In this document: positions 9,971 to 22,967 of the stretch, in pieces | Position numbering within the stretch: the stretch's first letter is position 1 | Layout of the letters: each line of letters begins with the position of its first letter | Source of the DNA: Camelus ferus | Lineage: Eukaryota | Length of the DNA stretch: 64,000 nt | Reading direction: 5' to 3' | NCBI RefSeq assembly: GCF_009834535.1 | Contig: NC_045697.1 | Coordinates: forward strand, 86,926,001 to 86,990,000 | Program-made: the position numbers and the translations under genes | Notes under the pieces: model-generated | Database searches by the model: none | Seen by the model: the letters and a program-made list of their open reading frames with translations, nothing else | Told to the model about the DNA's origin: nothing

Positions 9971-12310
9971 TCAGCATGTACCCAGCACATTAAGCCAAGT
10001 CTTCTAACTTCCTTTCTGTCTTCTCACATCCTCCTTCTTCTCTTAGCCTTTAATTGGCTGCCTTTCCCTGAACAGGAAGGTCCTCTCAACCCTCTTACCT
10101 GATCCCAGTCCTGGGCATATGTCAAGCCCCATTTCTTTCATAATATCTGGTACTGTTTTTCCTGCATACTATCTCAGAATTCTCTCTAATAGCTTGGTGT
10201 GTTTTAACTTCATGTCCTTCAATTTTATTGGAAATTCCTAGTTGGCAAGGATTTAAAAAAAAAAATTAAACAACATTACTTAATCATTCTTTAATCTCTT
10301 TTCTACTGAGTCCTGAGACTGGACTTACCCTGGGGTCCCCTTGGCTCCTGCTAAATGAATGGCCAGGCTGAGGCCCATGAAGAGGTTCAGTTCACATTGT
10401 CAAATGAGCTAGAACTCTCAAAAAAAAAAAGCGTAAATACTTCAGTAGGAAGGGTGTAAAATGGATAAACTGAATGTAGCATCACTGTGGTTCCTTCTGC
10501 AGACACCTTTCATATTATTCAAAGGAAGCAATAAAGGGTAAAACATAATCATTTGTTATGATGACTTTTTACTGTGGAAGGTCTTCTTTTTAGCTGTTGA
10601 ATAACATGTCAGTATTTCTAGCCAATTCCAGAACTTTTTATAATTCTATAATTAAATAATGTAGATCTGAGAATTCATACTTGAATCAGACATTTTAATC
10701 CTTAAATCTCTCTCTCAAGTCTAAAACCAGTGAATCATTTTATAAATTAGGGTTAAGAACTGTCTGGTACCACTGTTAGTAGCCCTTTTGGCTGTAAGGA
10801 AATGGCACAAATAGTTTCATCCTAATATTCATTCAGATTTATGAGCCAGTATTCGTCACAACAATCTGAAAACTCTCAAAAGGATAGAAATTGTATGACA
10901 AAGTGAGTCATAGTGTTTGTGATGTGATGTCTGCAAGGGTGGGTGGGAGAGATTGCTGAATGACCAGTCTCATTCTACTCCTTTCTAAGCTGAATCATTT
11001 TGGAAATAGAAAACAATTCATAGGTTTGTAGGTGGTCGTAACATAAATAGGAAAGGAGTAACAGTCATACAATACCTTCATTTAAAAAATTAGTTTTTGG
11101 AATATAACACTTGATGAAAAGTCTTTGTTTTGAATTAGAAATGAAGTTAATCTACTGCCTAATACGTATCTTTTATATCTGTCACATGTCTTCTTGATAT
11201 ATTTTCACTTTTCTATTAATTTTCTTTTCTTGCCTAGCTTTTTAAAAAAATTCTTTCATGTCATTTGACCTTTCTCTTCATAGCTATTTGTAGCTTTGGC
11301 TCATTTGAAGATTGCGTGTGTGTGTGTGTGTATGGGGGAAGTGTCATTTATTCACTGGCTGGATGACTACTTGAACTGGATGGGGACTCGAGAAGAAAGT
11401 CCCTTTCATCTTGGAAATTCTGAATCTGAGATGATGTAATCCTGCATTCTGCATAGTTGGCCCTCTTTTCTTTTTGTCTCACTGGAAACAAAAATTTGGA
11501 GAGCCTTTTTTTCTAAGTCAAATTTAATCTTTAATCTTTAAATGTAAGATTGATTAACCTTACTTTCCTGTCTTTGAGGCAAGGCATTTGTCAAAACAAT
11601 TATGTGAGAAGATAAATATTCTATTTTGAGTATGTTTGTTAGTTTTAGAATATCTTGCATAATATTTACAACTGAACAATTTATATTATATTCCATTAAT
11701 ATAATGCAAGTAAAATTGGGAAGGCATTCTTGCTAACTGGTTTAGTAGAGGACACTAATATATGAAGAAGACATGTAACAGATGTTGGATTAAAAAATGA
11801 GTTACAGCAGTACCTTCATTGGTTACAGGGTGGGAAAAGTGAGACACAGTTGTTTTGGAGAGAGGGTATTAAAGCCATGAAGAGGTCTTGGGGTCTCTCC
11901 AGCCCTCACCAGACACCTAGGGAGACTGCCATGGCAACTCGGCAAAGTCCCTGAACCTTTGTAGAGGAGGGGCCAGTTGTTTGGCCTTCCCCTCTGTATT
12001 CCTAGGACCTTATTTACTGAGTGTTTTTTGAATGAGTGAATGAATGCTGTTCTTGAGAACAGGCTCTGTCAGCTTTACAAACAGTATATTTAATCTTCTT
12101 ACTATCTTATGAAAAAAGTATCATTATCCTCATTTTACAGGTAAGGGAGGAGTTTTTGTTATTGGTTTTTCAAAACATGATCTCTTTGTTTGTGACAAGT
12201 AATTAGTGTGCCTTCCAGACTTAGTGTTTAGAATACAGGCTCATGGGCAGAATTCCAGATGGACAGGGTAGCAGAAATTTGAACAGAAATAGTTTAAAAA
12301 ATAGGAAAAT

Positions 12311-12461
12311 ATATACAAGATCTTGTGGTAGCTCACAGTGAAAAAAAATGTGACAATGAATATATGTATGTTCATGTATAACTGAAAAATTGTGCTCTAC
12401 ACTGAAATTTGACACATTATAAAATGACTATAACTCAATTAAAAAATGTTAAAAAAAAAAA
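12311..12461 (+). mobile_element. Short young LINE-1 3' end in sense orientation
   Basis: GAATATATGTATGTTCATGTATAACTGAAAAATTGTGCTCTACACTG..TGACTATAACTCAAT plus A tail; reverse complement of the family at 38725-38824. Confidence 0.8.
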
Positions 12462-13306
12462 CAAAACTCTTCCTGTAAACTTTACTATGTCTAGCAGAGT
12501 TAAGATCTCTGCCATCTTTTCTCCCACTCCTTTATTGCATTCTTTTTTGTTTAGAAAATATTTCTGTCATGATTTAGTATGAAACAATCCATTAATATTG
12601 AGGGGTTGCTTTCTGAAGAACTCAAAGATTTTTAAGTGGCATATTTAATTTAAAAATTAAAATAGAGATAATAGGATATAATTAAGAATAAAAACTATGT
12701 AAGAGTGGATTGAACCTTAAAGACAAGGTCTGAAAAATTAAAATGCAGAATAACTAGGGCATTCAGAAAATGCAAAGGGAATAACTAAAAACGTTTAAAA
12801 AGTATAGTTAGGTCCTTTCGGGGAAATTTGAAATAGGCTCACTATTTAAGGACATTTAGTATAAGATTAAAAAAAAAATACCAAAAGAAAAAAATCAGAT
12901 GTCCTTGGACCTGTTTTATTTAATCTTCTTCACCAAGTGAAATTGTCAGTCAACAAATAATTGACTGTCTAGTATGTGAGGAAATTAAGACTGAGATAGA
13001 AAAAGAGAGATGAAGAAAGAGCTTAGCTAGACATCTAGAAATGTGTCTAAAATGAAACTCCTTTCCTTGACTTTCCCCCTTTTTTGACTCCTCTGTATTT
13101 TCAATTTATAAAATTTCTTGCCAGCCAGGCCCACCTCTTGGAGTAAATTTCTACCCTTCATGTTCCTCAGTCCTCACGTCCACTTCTCAAGCAGGATGCA
13201 TTTTAGTTCTGCTGTGCCTGTTACACTCACGCTGTCTCTGCATTGTTGCTGCAGCTGTTCTTGTTCTGTCCCTGACTGTTGGAACTTCCTTCTAACCGAT
13301 CCCATC

Positions 13307-13668
13307 TGTATGAGTTTGCCAGGGCTGCTGTAACAAAATAAACAGACATTTATTTTCTCATAGTTTGGAGGGCTGGAAGTCCAAGGTTAAGGTGTCAGCA
13401 GGTTTGGTCTTTCTGAGTCCTTTCCTTTCCTGGCAGACGAACACCGCCTTGCTGCCTTTTCACATGGTCATCTCTCTGCACACATACAGATTTCCTCTTC
13501 TTGTAAGGACACCATTCAGATTGGGTTAGGGCCCACCCTGATGGTGTCATTTTAACTTAATCACCTCATCAGAGGCCCTGCCTCCACATACAGTCATTGT
13601 CTGAGGTGCTGGGACTTAGGGCTTCAGCATATGAATGAGTGGGTGGGGATACAATTCAGCCCATAACA
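13307..13668 (-). mobile_element. MLT1-type MaLR solo LTR
   Basis: TGTATGAGTTTGCCAGGGCTGCTGTAACAAA...GGCTGGAAGTCCAAG...ACAATTCAGCCCATAACA. Confidence 0.85.
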
Positions 13669-14877
13669 CCCTGTAATCAACTGGATATTGTTCTTTGGCA
13701 GAGTAATCTTTCAGAAGAGCAGCTTTGATCTTATTTTTCCTCTCTTCAGAAGAACATTATGGGCTTGAAAGAGTCCAGTCCACTGGTACACACATTGCTT
13801 AGAGATGTAGGCACTGTTCAAAGTCAATGAGAATTACAGAGAATAGGAAAGTGACCAGCAGGTGGGTGGTTGTCTTAGATATCAAAAAGTGGGATGAAGA
13901 TATTTTCTCAAAACTGTAGTAGGTAGTAAGCTGGATGTAGGCCCTTTAAAGAAAAATTCCAAGAGGCCTGAGGATACTGAATAAAGAAAATAACAGAGAA
14001 AGTAGTAAATATCATAATAATGTAATGGAAGAGTGGTAACATACATGGGCTTAATATGTTGATTTCAGTGAAACATCTGACCAGATTCCCCATAACAACC
14101 TTCTTCAGAAGGAGCACGTTTTCTCTGGGAGAGAGTCTAGAGTTTTCCATGTTTGGGCTTCTTAGGCCAGGGCCCAAGAACAGAATCACCTTTGATGAAC
14201 TGGAAGTATGCTCTCCCTCTAAAAGGTAAAAAATTAAAGATAAATAAAATTGGTGATACAGAAGTTTTCTTAATAGATAACTGACTCTATTATCTAATTA
14301 CCACCCAAAAGTAAAGCTTTCAATTCTAATAATAATTCGAAGTTATAATCTTTTGCTAGACCCTCCACCTGACTTTAAACAGCAGCATAGCTAACATCTT
14401 CATACAGCAGGAGAATTCATTTAGTGATTTACATGTATGTTTTACAGCTCAACTAATTTTTCTTGGAAGCCATTGCAGGAAGTTACGTTACTCAAAAAGT
14501 AGATACTGTTTGAGTGTTTCAATGAGATTAAGGGAAAAAAAAAAAACTAGTTGGCATATCTGTTTGGTTAGACGTCTTTTGAGTATTTTCCAGACTTATT
14601 TTTAACCGTGTGAATGATGTGGAACAGTAGAGCTTTTATGTTGTAGAATTCTGGAGAATCTTGGCTTTGCCTGTGATATGACCTGCAGAAGTGGGTGGGT
14701 ATTCCCATCAGGCACCTCTGTTTTCCTCCAGAGAGCCTAATGCTCACCCTGGCTGACTGTTAAAGCACATGGTTTTGCTCTGTATGTAGGCGAGAGAGCA
14801 GAACCTTTTATAAGTCCTGCTGTGGGAAATAGTATTTACTGGAGCCCCACTCAAGGATATACAGTACATCTTTCCTC

Positions 14878-15046
14878 CAGGTTGGGGACTTTAACCTGGG
14901 TGGTTCACGGAAAAGCTTCAGGTTTCCATAATTCCTTGAAAATATATGCAAAATATTGTGTCAGGGTGTTTTTCTAAGAGGATACATAACCTTTTTTCAG
15001 ATTCTCAGAAACTTGTCCATGTCCCAAAATATATTAAGGACATTGC
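14878..15046. mobile_element. Ancient hAT-Charlie-type MITE (MER117-like)
   Basis: TTAACCTGGG..GCTTCAGG..TGAAAATATATGCAAAAT..TTTTCAGATTCTCA..TTAAG resembles recalled consensus. Confidence 0.5.
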
Positions 15047-16850
15047 CACTGATAATTGAAGTATATCTTCTAATTAACCAGACCATCAGTGGGAGAACCA
15101 ATTTGAATGTGTTGGGGTGAGCCTGTAGTTTATGGTGAGTGATTTTTGAGAGTAACATCTCTGTGAAACTCATCTCTCAGTTAATTCTAAGAAGTATTTA
15201 AGGCTGCTCTTGTATGTAGTGCCCACTCTGAGGTCTCTTGAGAGAAATTTCTCTCTGGTAACTATGTCAGAACTAGTTACGCTTCTTCTTAGTGGCCAGT
15301 TTGTTTTAACCCAGTTTAATGGACTCTGGAAAACCTGTTATTGCTCCTGGCTTCTAGAAAGCCAAATACATGATCTCCTTCTAGCAAGTATAATAATCTC
15401 AGTCCTGGCTTCACCAGTTTTCAACTCTTCTTTTCTATTTGCCTCATTTAAAAGCCATTTAAAAATTTTTTTTTGTCTTGGTATATTGTCAATATATTTG
15501 TAACTCATGTTAAATATTATTTGGGACCAGATAAGTTATACCACAATAAAAAACAGTGTACTTATTGATTTGTTATTTTAACCACAGAGTGGCTGCTATG
15601 TCATCATATATAGTGTTGGGTGCTAGGGATTAAAAGTCAAGTAAGATAGGCCCCTAACACCTGAAAGTAACACAGTATTGTAGATCAACCATACTTTAAT
15701 TTAAAAAAGGCTCCTGCTCCTTAAGATGTGTACTGTCTGGCAGGACAAGAAAGAGGTGTAAGTCAGTAAGGGCCCTGAAATGTCACGGCTGCTTTGCTTG
15801 TGTTGTGTCCTGTGGGAAGAGTGAGGTCATATGAAGGAAGACAGTCGATTCTAATAGGAAAGTCAGAAAGGGCTTCCAACAGGAGTGACTGCTGAATGGG
15901 GTGTTAGGAGGCAAGTATGTGCTTGCCAGGCAGCTGACTGTTACCTTATTACCACCAAAAAGTGATGCTTTAGGTTCTTGTTATAAACAAAGTTACACTA
16001 TTTACTAGGCCCTCTACCCAACTTTTAACAGCTATGTGGCTAATAGCCCCATAAAGCAGGAGGGTTCATTTTGTTATTTACATAGATGTTTTGCAATCAA
16101 CTAATTTTCCTTGGAAGGTACTATTTTCTGGGGTGTGTGAATATGAAGGAACAGAGAGAGGAGAAGTAACCATCGGTTCCTGTCTTGGGAGGGTGGAGCT
16201 GTGGGTGGGGTCTTTGGTCATCAGTCTTACAGGGGGATGCAGCACACTAGTGGACTGATTGCTGATGAGCAGCTCTCAGGCCTGTGCCAGCTCGTTAGAA
16301 GGAACCCACTTCTCACGCACTCCATCCCCTTGGCTTGCTTCCACTTAAGTCCCAATCAGAGATGCGTGGCCTTGGTCATTATCAATATAACTGCTTTACT
16401 CTGCTTTGGAAAATGATGCTTAATTAGTACTTGAAAGTAGGACATTATTTCTAATTCACTAAGTCAAAGCACATCATAAATCTAAATCTAAATCTATTCT
16501 GCAAATATATTTTACTATTCTAAGGTGAGAGGATTATAACTGTTCTTTAGAAAACTATGCTGGTGGAACAGTGACTTGGGAAAGATGTGAAGGGACTGGA
16601 TGGGGTCACAGAGGGATGGGTTAAACTTAATGGAAGCAGTAGGGATAGGAGGAGAGCAGTGCTGGTGCAGTTTGGACTGACCCTGTGGACCGGGTTTGAT
16701 GCACGGGGGCAGCAGTGCTCACGGCAGGTCAACCTGACTTTGGAGTCTCATTACAGAGGCTCGCCCTGCTGTGTGAAGATGCTGCCTAGGGCAGTGACTC
16801 AGCAGATGCTTATCTCCCGATGATCTAGCAAGCCAGTTTTTAAGAGGACT

Positions 16851-17280
16851 GCATTAGTCAGGGTTCTCCAGAGAAACAGAACTATTAAGAGCTATATCTG
16901 AGAAAGAGTGGGGAGGAGGAGAGGGGCAGGGGGAAGGAGAGATTTATTTTAAGAAAGTGGTTCATGTAATTTTGGAAGCTGACAACCTGTCAGGATGGAG
17001 ACCCAGAGAACCGATGCTGATGCTGTGGTTCAAGTTCGAAAGGTCATCTGCTGGCAGAATTCCTTCTTACTCTGGGGAGGTCAGTCTTGTTCTACCCAGG
17101 CCTTCAAGTGATTGAATGAGGCCACCCACATTGTGGAGGACAATTTGCTTTACTCAGAGTCTGTCTGTTTAATATAAATCTCATTCAAAATCACTCCAAT
17201 GGAAACATCCGGAATAATGTTTGACCAAATATCTGGGCACTGTGGCCCAGCCAAGTTGACACATGAAATTAACAATCACA
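16851..17280 (-). mobile_element. MLT2-type ERVL solo LTR
   Basis: TGCATTAGTCAGGGTTCTCCAGAGAAACAGAAC...CCAGCCAAGTTGACACATGAAATTAACAATCACA. Confidence 0.88.
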
Positions 17281-17582
17281 GGGCCCTTGTTGGCATAAAT
17301 CCTAGACTGGCCTGTGTGCTCAGTCCTGGCTTGGATAGGACCACTTTATTCACAGTGATGTCCCAAGGATGTGGGGCAGACTGTTCCTGGTAGAGACACT
17401 AGACTGGCCTCTTATTAACACTGAGATCGTTTAGTTTTGCTTTGGTCCCCAGCTCACCACTGAGGCCCCAGGGAGGCGCCTCCTTCCATGACTGGTGCTT
17501 GCCTGGGGGCATGGAAGCTAGCAGCTTTCTCTGCCCGCTCCTCCCTTCCTCTCCCTTCCCCATCTCCCCCTCCTTCTCCTCC

Positions 17583-18332
17583 TTTAAATTGAGATATAAT
17601 TGACATACAGCATTGTACTAGTTTTAGTTGTACAATATGATTTGATGTATGCATATATTGTGAAATGATCACCACAGTAAGTTTAGTCAACACCTGTCAT
17701 CTCACATAGTTAGATTTTTTTCCTTAGAATGAGAACTTCTAAGATCTGCCCTCCTAGCAACTTTCAGTTACACAACACAGCATTGTTAACTGTAATCTCC
17801 ATGCTGTGTGTTACATCCCAGGACTTATTTGTCTTGTAATTGGAAGTTTGTACATTTAGACCACCTTTACCCATTCTGTCCACCTCCCCAGCCCCTTCTT
17901 CTGGCAATCAATCTGTTCTCTGTATCTATGAGGTGTTTTTTTTTTTTTTTTATTATTCTACATATAAATGATATCATGCAGTATATATCTTTGTCTGTCT
18001 GACTTATTTCACTTAGCATAATGCCCTTAAGGGCCATCCATGTTGTCACAAATGGCAGGACTTTCTCCTTTTTTTTTATGGCGAATAATTTTCCTATGTT
18101 GTGTGTGTGCGTGTGCATTTTACATTTTCTTTATCTTTTCATCCATCAATGATGGGCACTTCAGTTGTTTCCATGTCTTGGGTATTGTAAATAGCGCTGC
18201 AGTGAACATGGGTGCAGATTTTCTTTCTTGGGCTAGTGATTTTGTTTTCTTTGAATAAATACCCACAAGTGGAATTGGATCATACAGTAGTTTTATTTTT
18301 AATTTTCTGAGGAACCTCCGAACTGTTTTTCA
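17583..18332 (-). mobile_element. LINE-1 3' fragment (older subfamily)
   Basis: TTGAGATATAATTGACATA, TCTGACTTATTTCACTTAGCATAATG, TTTTCTGAGGAACCTCC..CTGTTTT. Confidence 0.88.
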
Positions 18333-21137
18333 TTAGCTCTTCTGGTTCTCTTTTCCTTCCTCTGACGTGTGTGGGTTAGTTTTGCTTCTCTAGGATTTCT
18401 GGAAACAAGGATGATGATCCTATTCCAGAAAAAGAGATATTATTAAATTAAACAAACAAACAAAAAAGGATTCCCAGCAAGATGACAGTAATACTTGTGG
18501 AGAAGTTTTGGGCTGCTGTTGCCTGTGGTCATGGGTAGGATTACTGCTGTCCCTGGTCCCTGTCAGCTCCCATCTGCTCCGAAGGCTCCCCTGCTCCTCC
18601 CCCATCACAGAAGTGAACTGGCCTCAGATGCCTGTTCCCGAGGACCTGACAGCAGAGGGGAGTTGAGCCTGCAGTCCAATTGGGTGAAACAGGTGCTAGT
18701 TTTTTTTTTTTTAAGTCACATTCTAGTCTGAGCTTGGAAATGTCTGTTGCTTCTGTTTTAGCATCATCCTCTTCTCTTGTAGAGGAAAATTAGCACTGGT
18801 TAGAAGCAGGGACATCAGCATAACTAGAGGCACTTCTGCTGTAGGTTGTCCGAGACTGAAGAGAAGGAAGGGAAGGTGGTGGTTCCCAGATGACTTTCTG
18901 CTTTTCAGAATGTATCACTGGCACTGCTGGGAGAGAGCAGGGAACGTGAGGAGGTGCGATTAGGTGCTGGGCCAGGTGCAGGGGAGTGTTTCCATGTACC
19001 ACCGATCTCCCTTACCTGCACCCTGGACCGGTTGTTCTCCTTGACTAGGTCTCTTTGTCTATGTCCTCAGGAGCAAGATACCTCCCCATTGGGAAGCTAG
19101 AAGGCCATGCCATACAGTATCACTGGATACACAGAGATGTCAGTGTGCTGATTTTGTAGCAGAATGGCACAAAATGACAAACCCTCTTTGGTGGCTTGAG
19201 TTGCTGTTAAAAAAAAAAAAAAAGACTGAATGATGAGCTTTGCTTGGCCGACAGAATGAGTGAATCTGTTTTAGGTAGGGAACATTGAGGGACTTTGTGC
19301 TCGTCAGTTTTTTCTTAGGAGGCAAGGTTGTCTTCGAGAGGGAGAGGTGTGGCTGCAGGCCAGGCCTGTGGGGCAAGGTGTGAGTTTGGTGGCTGCTGTG
19401 GAGAACAGGAGAGGAGAGCCCTGTGACATGCCCATGGTGGCTAACCATGTGCTGAGGGCCCACTCAAGGGCTGGAGACCCCACATTCCTAATAACACCAC
19501 TCTGGATGGTTGGGTCCCCTCCACGTACATTTCCAACAGTGCAAGGGCAGGAGTGGAGAAGCCAGATGGCCATGTTGATCCAAAAATTGGGGCTTGGCTT
19601 TAAGAAGTGCTAGAAAGAAAAAGCAGGAGAGTTGCATGATGCCCCACAGACTTTAGAGTGACAAGGAAGGGAAGCCCAAGAGGCTGAGGAGGGGTAGGTA
19701 CATGGTGGAGTAAAGATCAGTTAAGCCATTGAGGCTGAAAAACCAGCCAGAGGAAATGAGCCTGTACCACTCAGAGTTCGGGGTGAAGCAGCTCTCGAAT
19801 GATGGCAGGGCCATGAGGATAGTGAATGCCGGTTGCTGGATTTGATCAGCCAAGGATCTTGAGGCTACATTGTTGGTGGGTCTTCTCCAAGAACAGTGAA
19901 GTCTTTCGAGATGATGGCAAGAGACGTGAGGTACCAAGTTCCAAGGTCTTCAGTGAGTGACAGTGACCAGTCAGTGGGTAGCACTGGCAAAGAGGAAGAG
20001 AGAGGATGGACCTTGAAGAAGGAAAGACTTTAGTATGGTGACACAAAATTAACGTTGTAGATGCTGCTGCAGGAAGCCGGGAAATGGCTTCGTACACTAA
20101 GAGGGGAGAGACCAGATCCCAGTTGAACATGGCTGTTTGGAAGACTTGGCTGGACCCCAGTGTGCTGGAGTCCCAGTGGTGTTGCAAGCAGCCCTCACGA
20201 TTTGAGTGTTGCAAGGGGGAAAGGTCTGGGTAGGGTAAGGAAAACATCTTTTGGTAAAGGCGACTGTTTTCTATTTTTAAAAACATCGGTGTTGGAATAG
20301 GTGATCTATAAAGCACCCTCCTGGTTTAAACGTTCTTTCTGTCGATCTGAAAAAATGCAGATCAGGAGTTTAATCCCTTGTGTTGCCCAGACTATGGAAG
20401 ACTATGCCTAGATCCTGAATAATATTTTCTTTTTGTGAAAATCACCATTCCTGTAGCTGTAGAAAGTAGAATACTTTAGAAATTCTTTGTAGGGGGATAG
20501 ATCATTACGACAGTAAAAGGTATGGGCTGAGAAGAGTGAGATATATTTGTTTCTGGTCTTGGAACAGTTTACTCGGGAGGGCAACTCCCTTCCATGCCTG
20601 AGATAAGAGGTTTCAGTTCAGAGCATCTTGAACAGAATCACTTTCTGTGCCTAAAGCCTTTCCTTTTTCCTCCAAAAATAGTGCAGAGACAATGGTGGAC
20701 GCCTTCATGGATATCTGATTTTTTTTTTTTTTTTTACCTCTTTCACATAGCCAAATTTATCTTGTGGAGGAAGCAGAAAGAATAAATTAAATCAGGAGAG
20801 CAGACAGAGTAAGGGAGGTAGAAAGTAAAGAGGGAAAGGAAGGAAGAGGGAAAAACAAACACACACCCAGGAGTACGCAAGAGATTTAGGCTGAGACAGA
20901 CTTTCATATTCAAAACTCTGAGTAATTAGTTGTATGGGGCTCTTGGCGTTCTCTTCAGAGAGTGGTTCCAAATCTGCACAGGAGAAGGGAGCAAAAGAAA
21001 ACAAAAATGATGATTTTTCTTGGCACAGGGAAAGGAAATACATTCAGTAATTATGCTTTAAGGCTCGTTTTTTGGGATAGAAGTGTGAATACTAGAGCAA
21101 ATGCTACTTGCTTTGCTATTTGTACTTTTGTGAATTT

Positions 21138-21385
21138 ATTTTTTAAATTGAGGTATAGTCAGTTATAATGTGTCAATTTCTGATATACAGCATAATGTCC
21201 CAGTCATGCACATACATATATTCATTTTCATATTCTTTTTCATTAAAGGTTATTATAAGATATTGAGTATAGTTCCCTGTGCTGTACAGAAGAAATTTTT
21301 AAAATCTGTTTTTATATGTAGTGGTTAACATTTGCAAATCTCAAACTCCTAAATTTATCCCTTCCCACCCCCTTTCCCCTGGTAA
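21138..21385 (-). mobile_element. Short young LINE-1 3' end
   Basis: ATTGAGGTATAGTCAG..ATTCATTTTCATATTCTTTTTCAT..TTCCCTGTGCTGTACAG..CCCCTTTCCCCTGGTAA. Confidence 0.85.
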
Positions 21386-22254
21386 TTTTTTAACTTTATA
21401 AACTATAGCAATTAACTCTTTGTCTTTTACTATAAGGCATAAGAAGACAGCATAAAAATACCTTCTTTGGGAAGATAAATCCCCTTCTTGGTATTTTCCT
21501 TCCTTCCTGTGCTTCCCACCCCTCCCACCCATCCTCGCACAACTAATTAATTGCTTGGAACAAAGAAGTTTTAGCATTCTTTCAACTAGCTATTCCTTGA
21601 AGAACGACACTGAGGAAATGATAGCAAATGATAGCGTGCAATGCTTCTCAGGGCAGTGCCGCTCGGCACCCAGAGAGAGGACTGTTGACTTTTGACCCTG
21701 GGTCGTGAGGTGATCTTGGGAAAAGCCGTCACCCAACTTGGGACTCTGCTTCCTTGTCTTTAACTGAAAAGTCTGCACTAGATGATTGATTTCTAGGGGC
21801 CAAGTTCTGAGGATTTTTGACCCAGTTTCTCCTGGAGGTTGAAAGAATCAGTTTGAAGAAGGGCTGATAATGTCATCCCAAATAGGCATGGCCAAAGGAA
21901 AAGAGGGTGAGCCCAGAAAAGAGGGCACTTCGTGTTGGGCCTGTCCCTGGAGACAGGCAGACAGTAACGACCCTAAAGTAGAAGACATGCGACGCCAAGA
22001 GGGGACACCGCTGTGGTTGGGGTTGGGTGCACAGGTAAATGACAAGCCGGACCTGGCTTTCTACACAGGGGCTGGGATCGACTCATTCCTCACCTAGAAT
22101 GCTCTCAACAGCTACTCCTGAAGTTAGAGAAGAATGCAAAACTGTGATCAAGTTGTTCTTCTGGCCCCAGCCCTACCGTCATTCCCCTTTCCCTTGTATT
22201 CTCGCTCCTCTGTGAGCTGGCTCTCAGGGCTTCGTCTTGCACGTCTGTGCGGGT

Positions 22255-22445
22255 ACTGCGGAGACCTGGCTTTCTGTCTCAGCTGTGCCTTTCTAGTTAC
22301 ACGATCTTGGGTAGGTTACTTAATTTCTTTAACTACCAGTTTCCTCATCTGCTAAGTGGGGGCAATATTAATGTTAATTAATATTAATATTGTTGTGAGT
22401 GTTAATACGTCAGGTAGTAAGCCCTGAATGGATGTTAGCTGTTGT
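22255..22445. mobile_element. MIR SINE
   Basis: Core CTTGGGTAGGTTACTTAA..CAGTTTCCTCATCTG.TAAGTGGGG. Confidence 0.65.
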
Positions 22446-22499
22446 TTATTATTCCTAAATCTATATTTTACAGACTTGTACCTCTTCTGTCCTCCAGCA

Positions 22500-22967
22500 C
22501 TTCACTTATCTATTGCTGTATAACAAACATCTCAAAATGTAATGGCCTAAAATTACCATATTGTTATTTCTCATGATTCTGTGGACTGTCAGTAGTTCAG
22601 CTGGATGGTCCCTCTGCTAACATGGTTTGGGATTTCTCATGTAGCTGCAGTCCAGTGGTGGCAGAAAGAGGAATACCGAGAATGGCTTTACTTAGGTGTC
22701 TGGCGCCTTGGCAAGGTAGCTGGAAACCTAAGGGTCTCTTTCTCCACGTGGTCTCTCCATGAGACTAGCTTGGGCTTCTTTACATAGTGGCTGGATCGCA
22801 AGAGCAAGCTCCAGTGGGTAAGCACCGTTTACATCATGCTTGCTAATGTCCCATTGACCAGATTCAGTCAGCGTGGCCCACGACTAGAGTCAATATGGGA
22901 GGGATTACACAAGGTATGACTATCAAGAGGTGTGGTTCATTGGAGCTACCAAAATAAGTCCACTACA
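22500..22967 (-). mobile_element. Old MLT1-type MaLR LTR
   Basis: ATCTATTGCTGTATAACAAAC..TTATTTCTCATGATTCTGTGG..TCTCCACGTGGTCTCTCCA..GCTAATGTCCCATTGACCA. Confidence 0.7.

Noticed and set aside
19846..20316. 156-aa minus-strand ORF
   Set aside because: No recognisable protein; lies in purine-skewed, probably decayed L2-like sequence.
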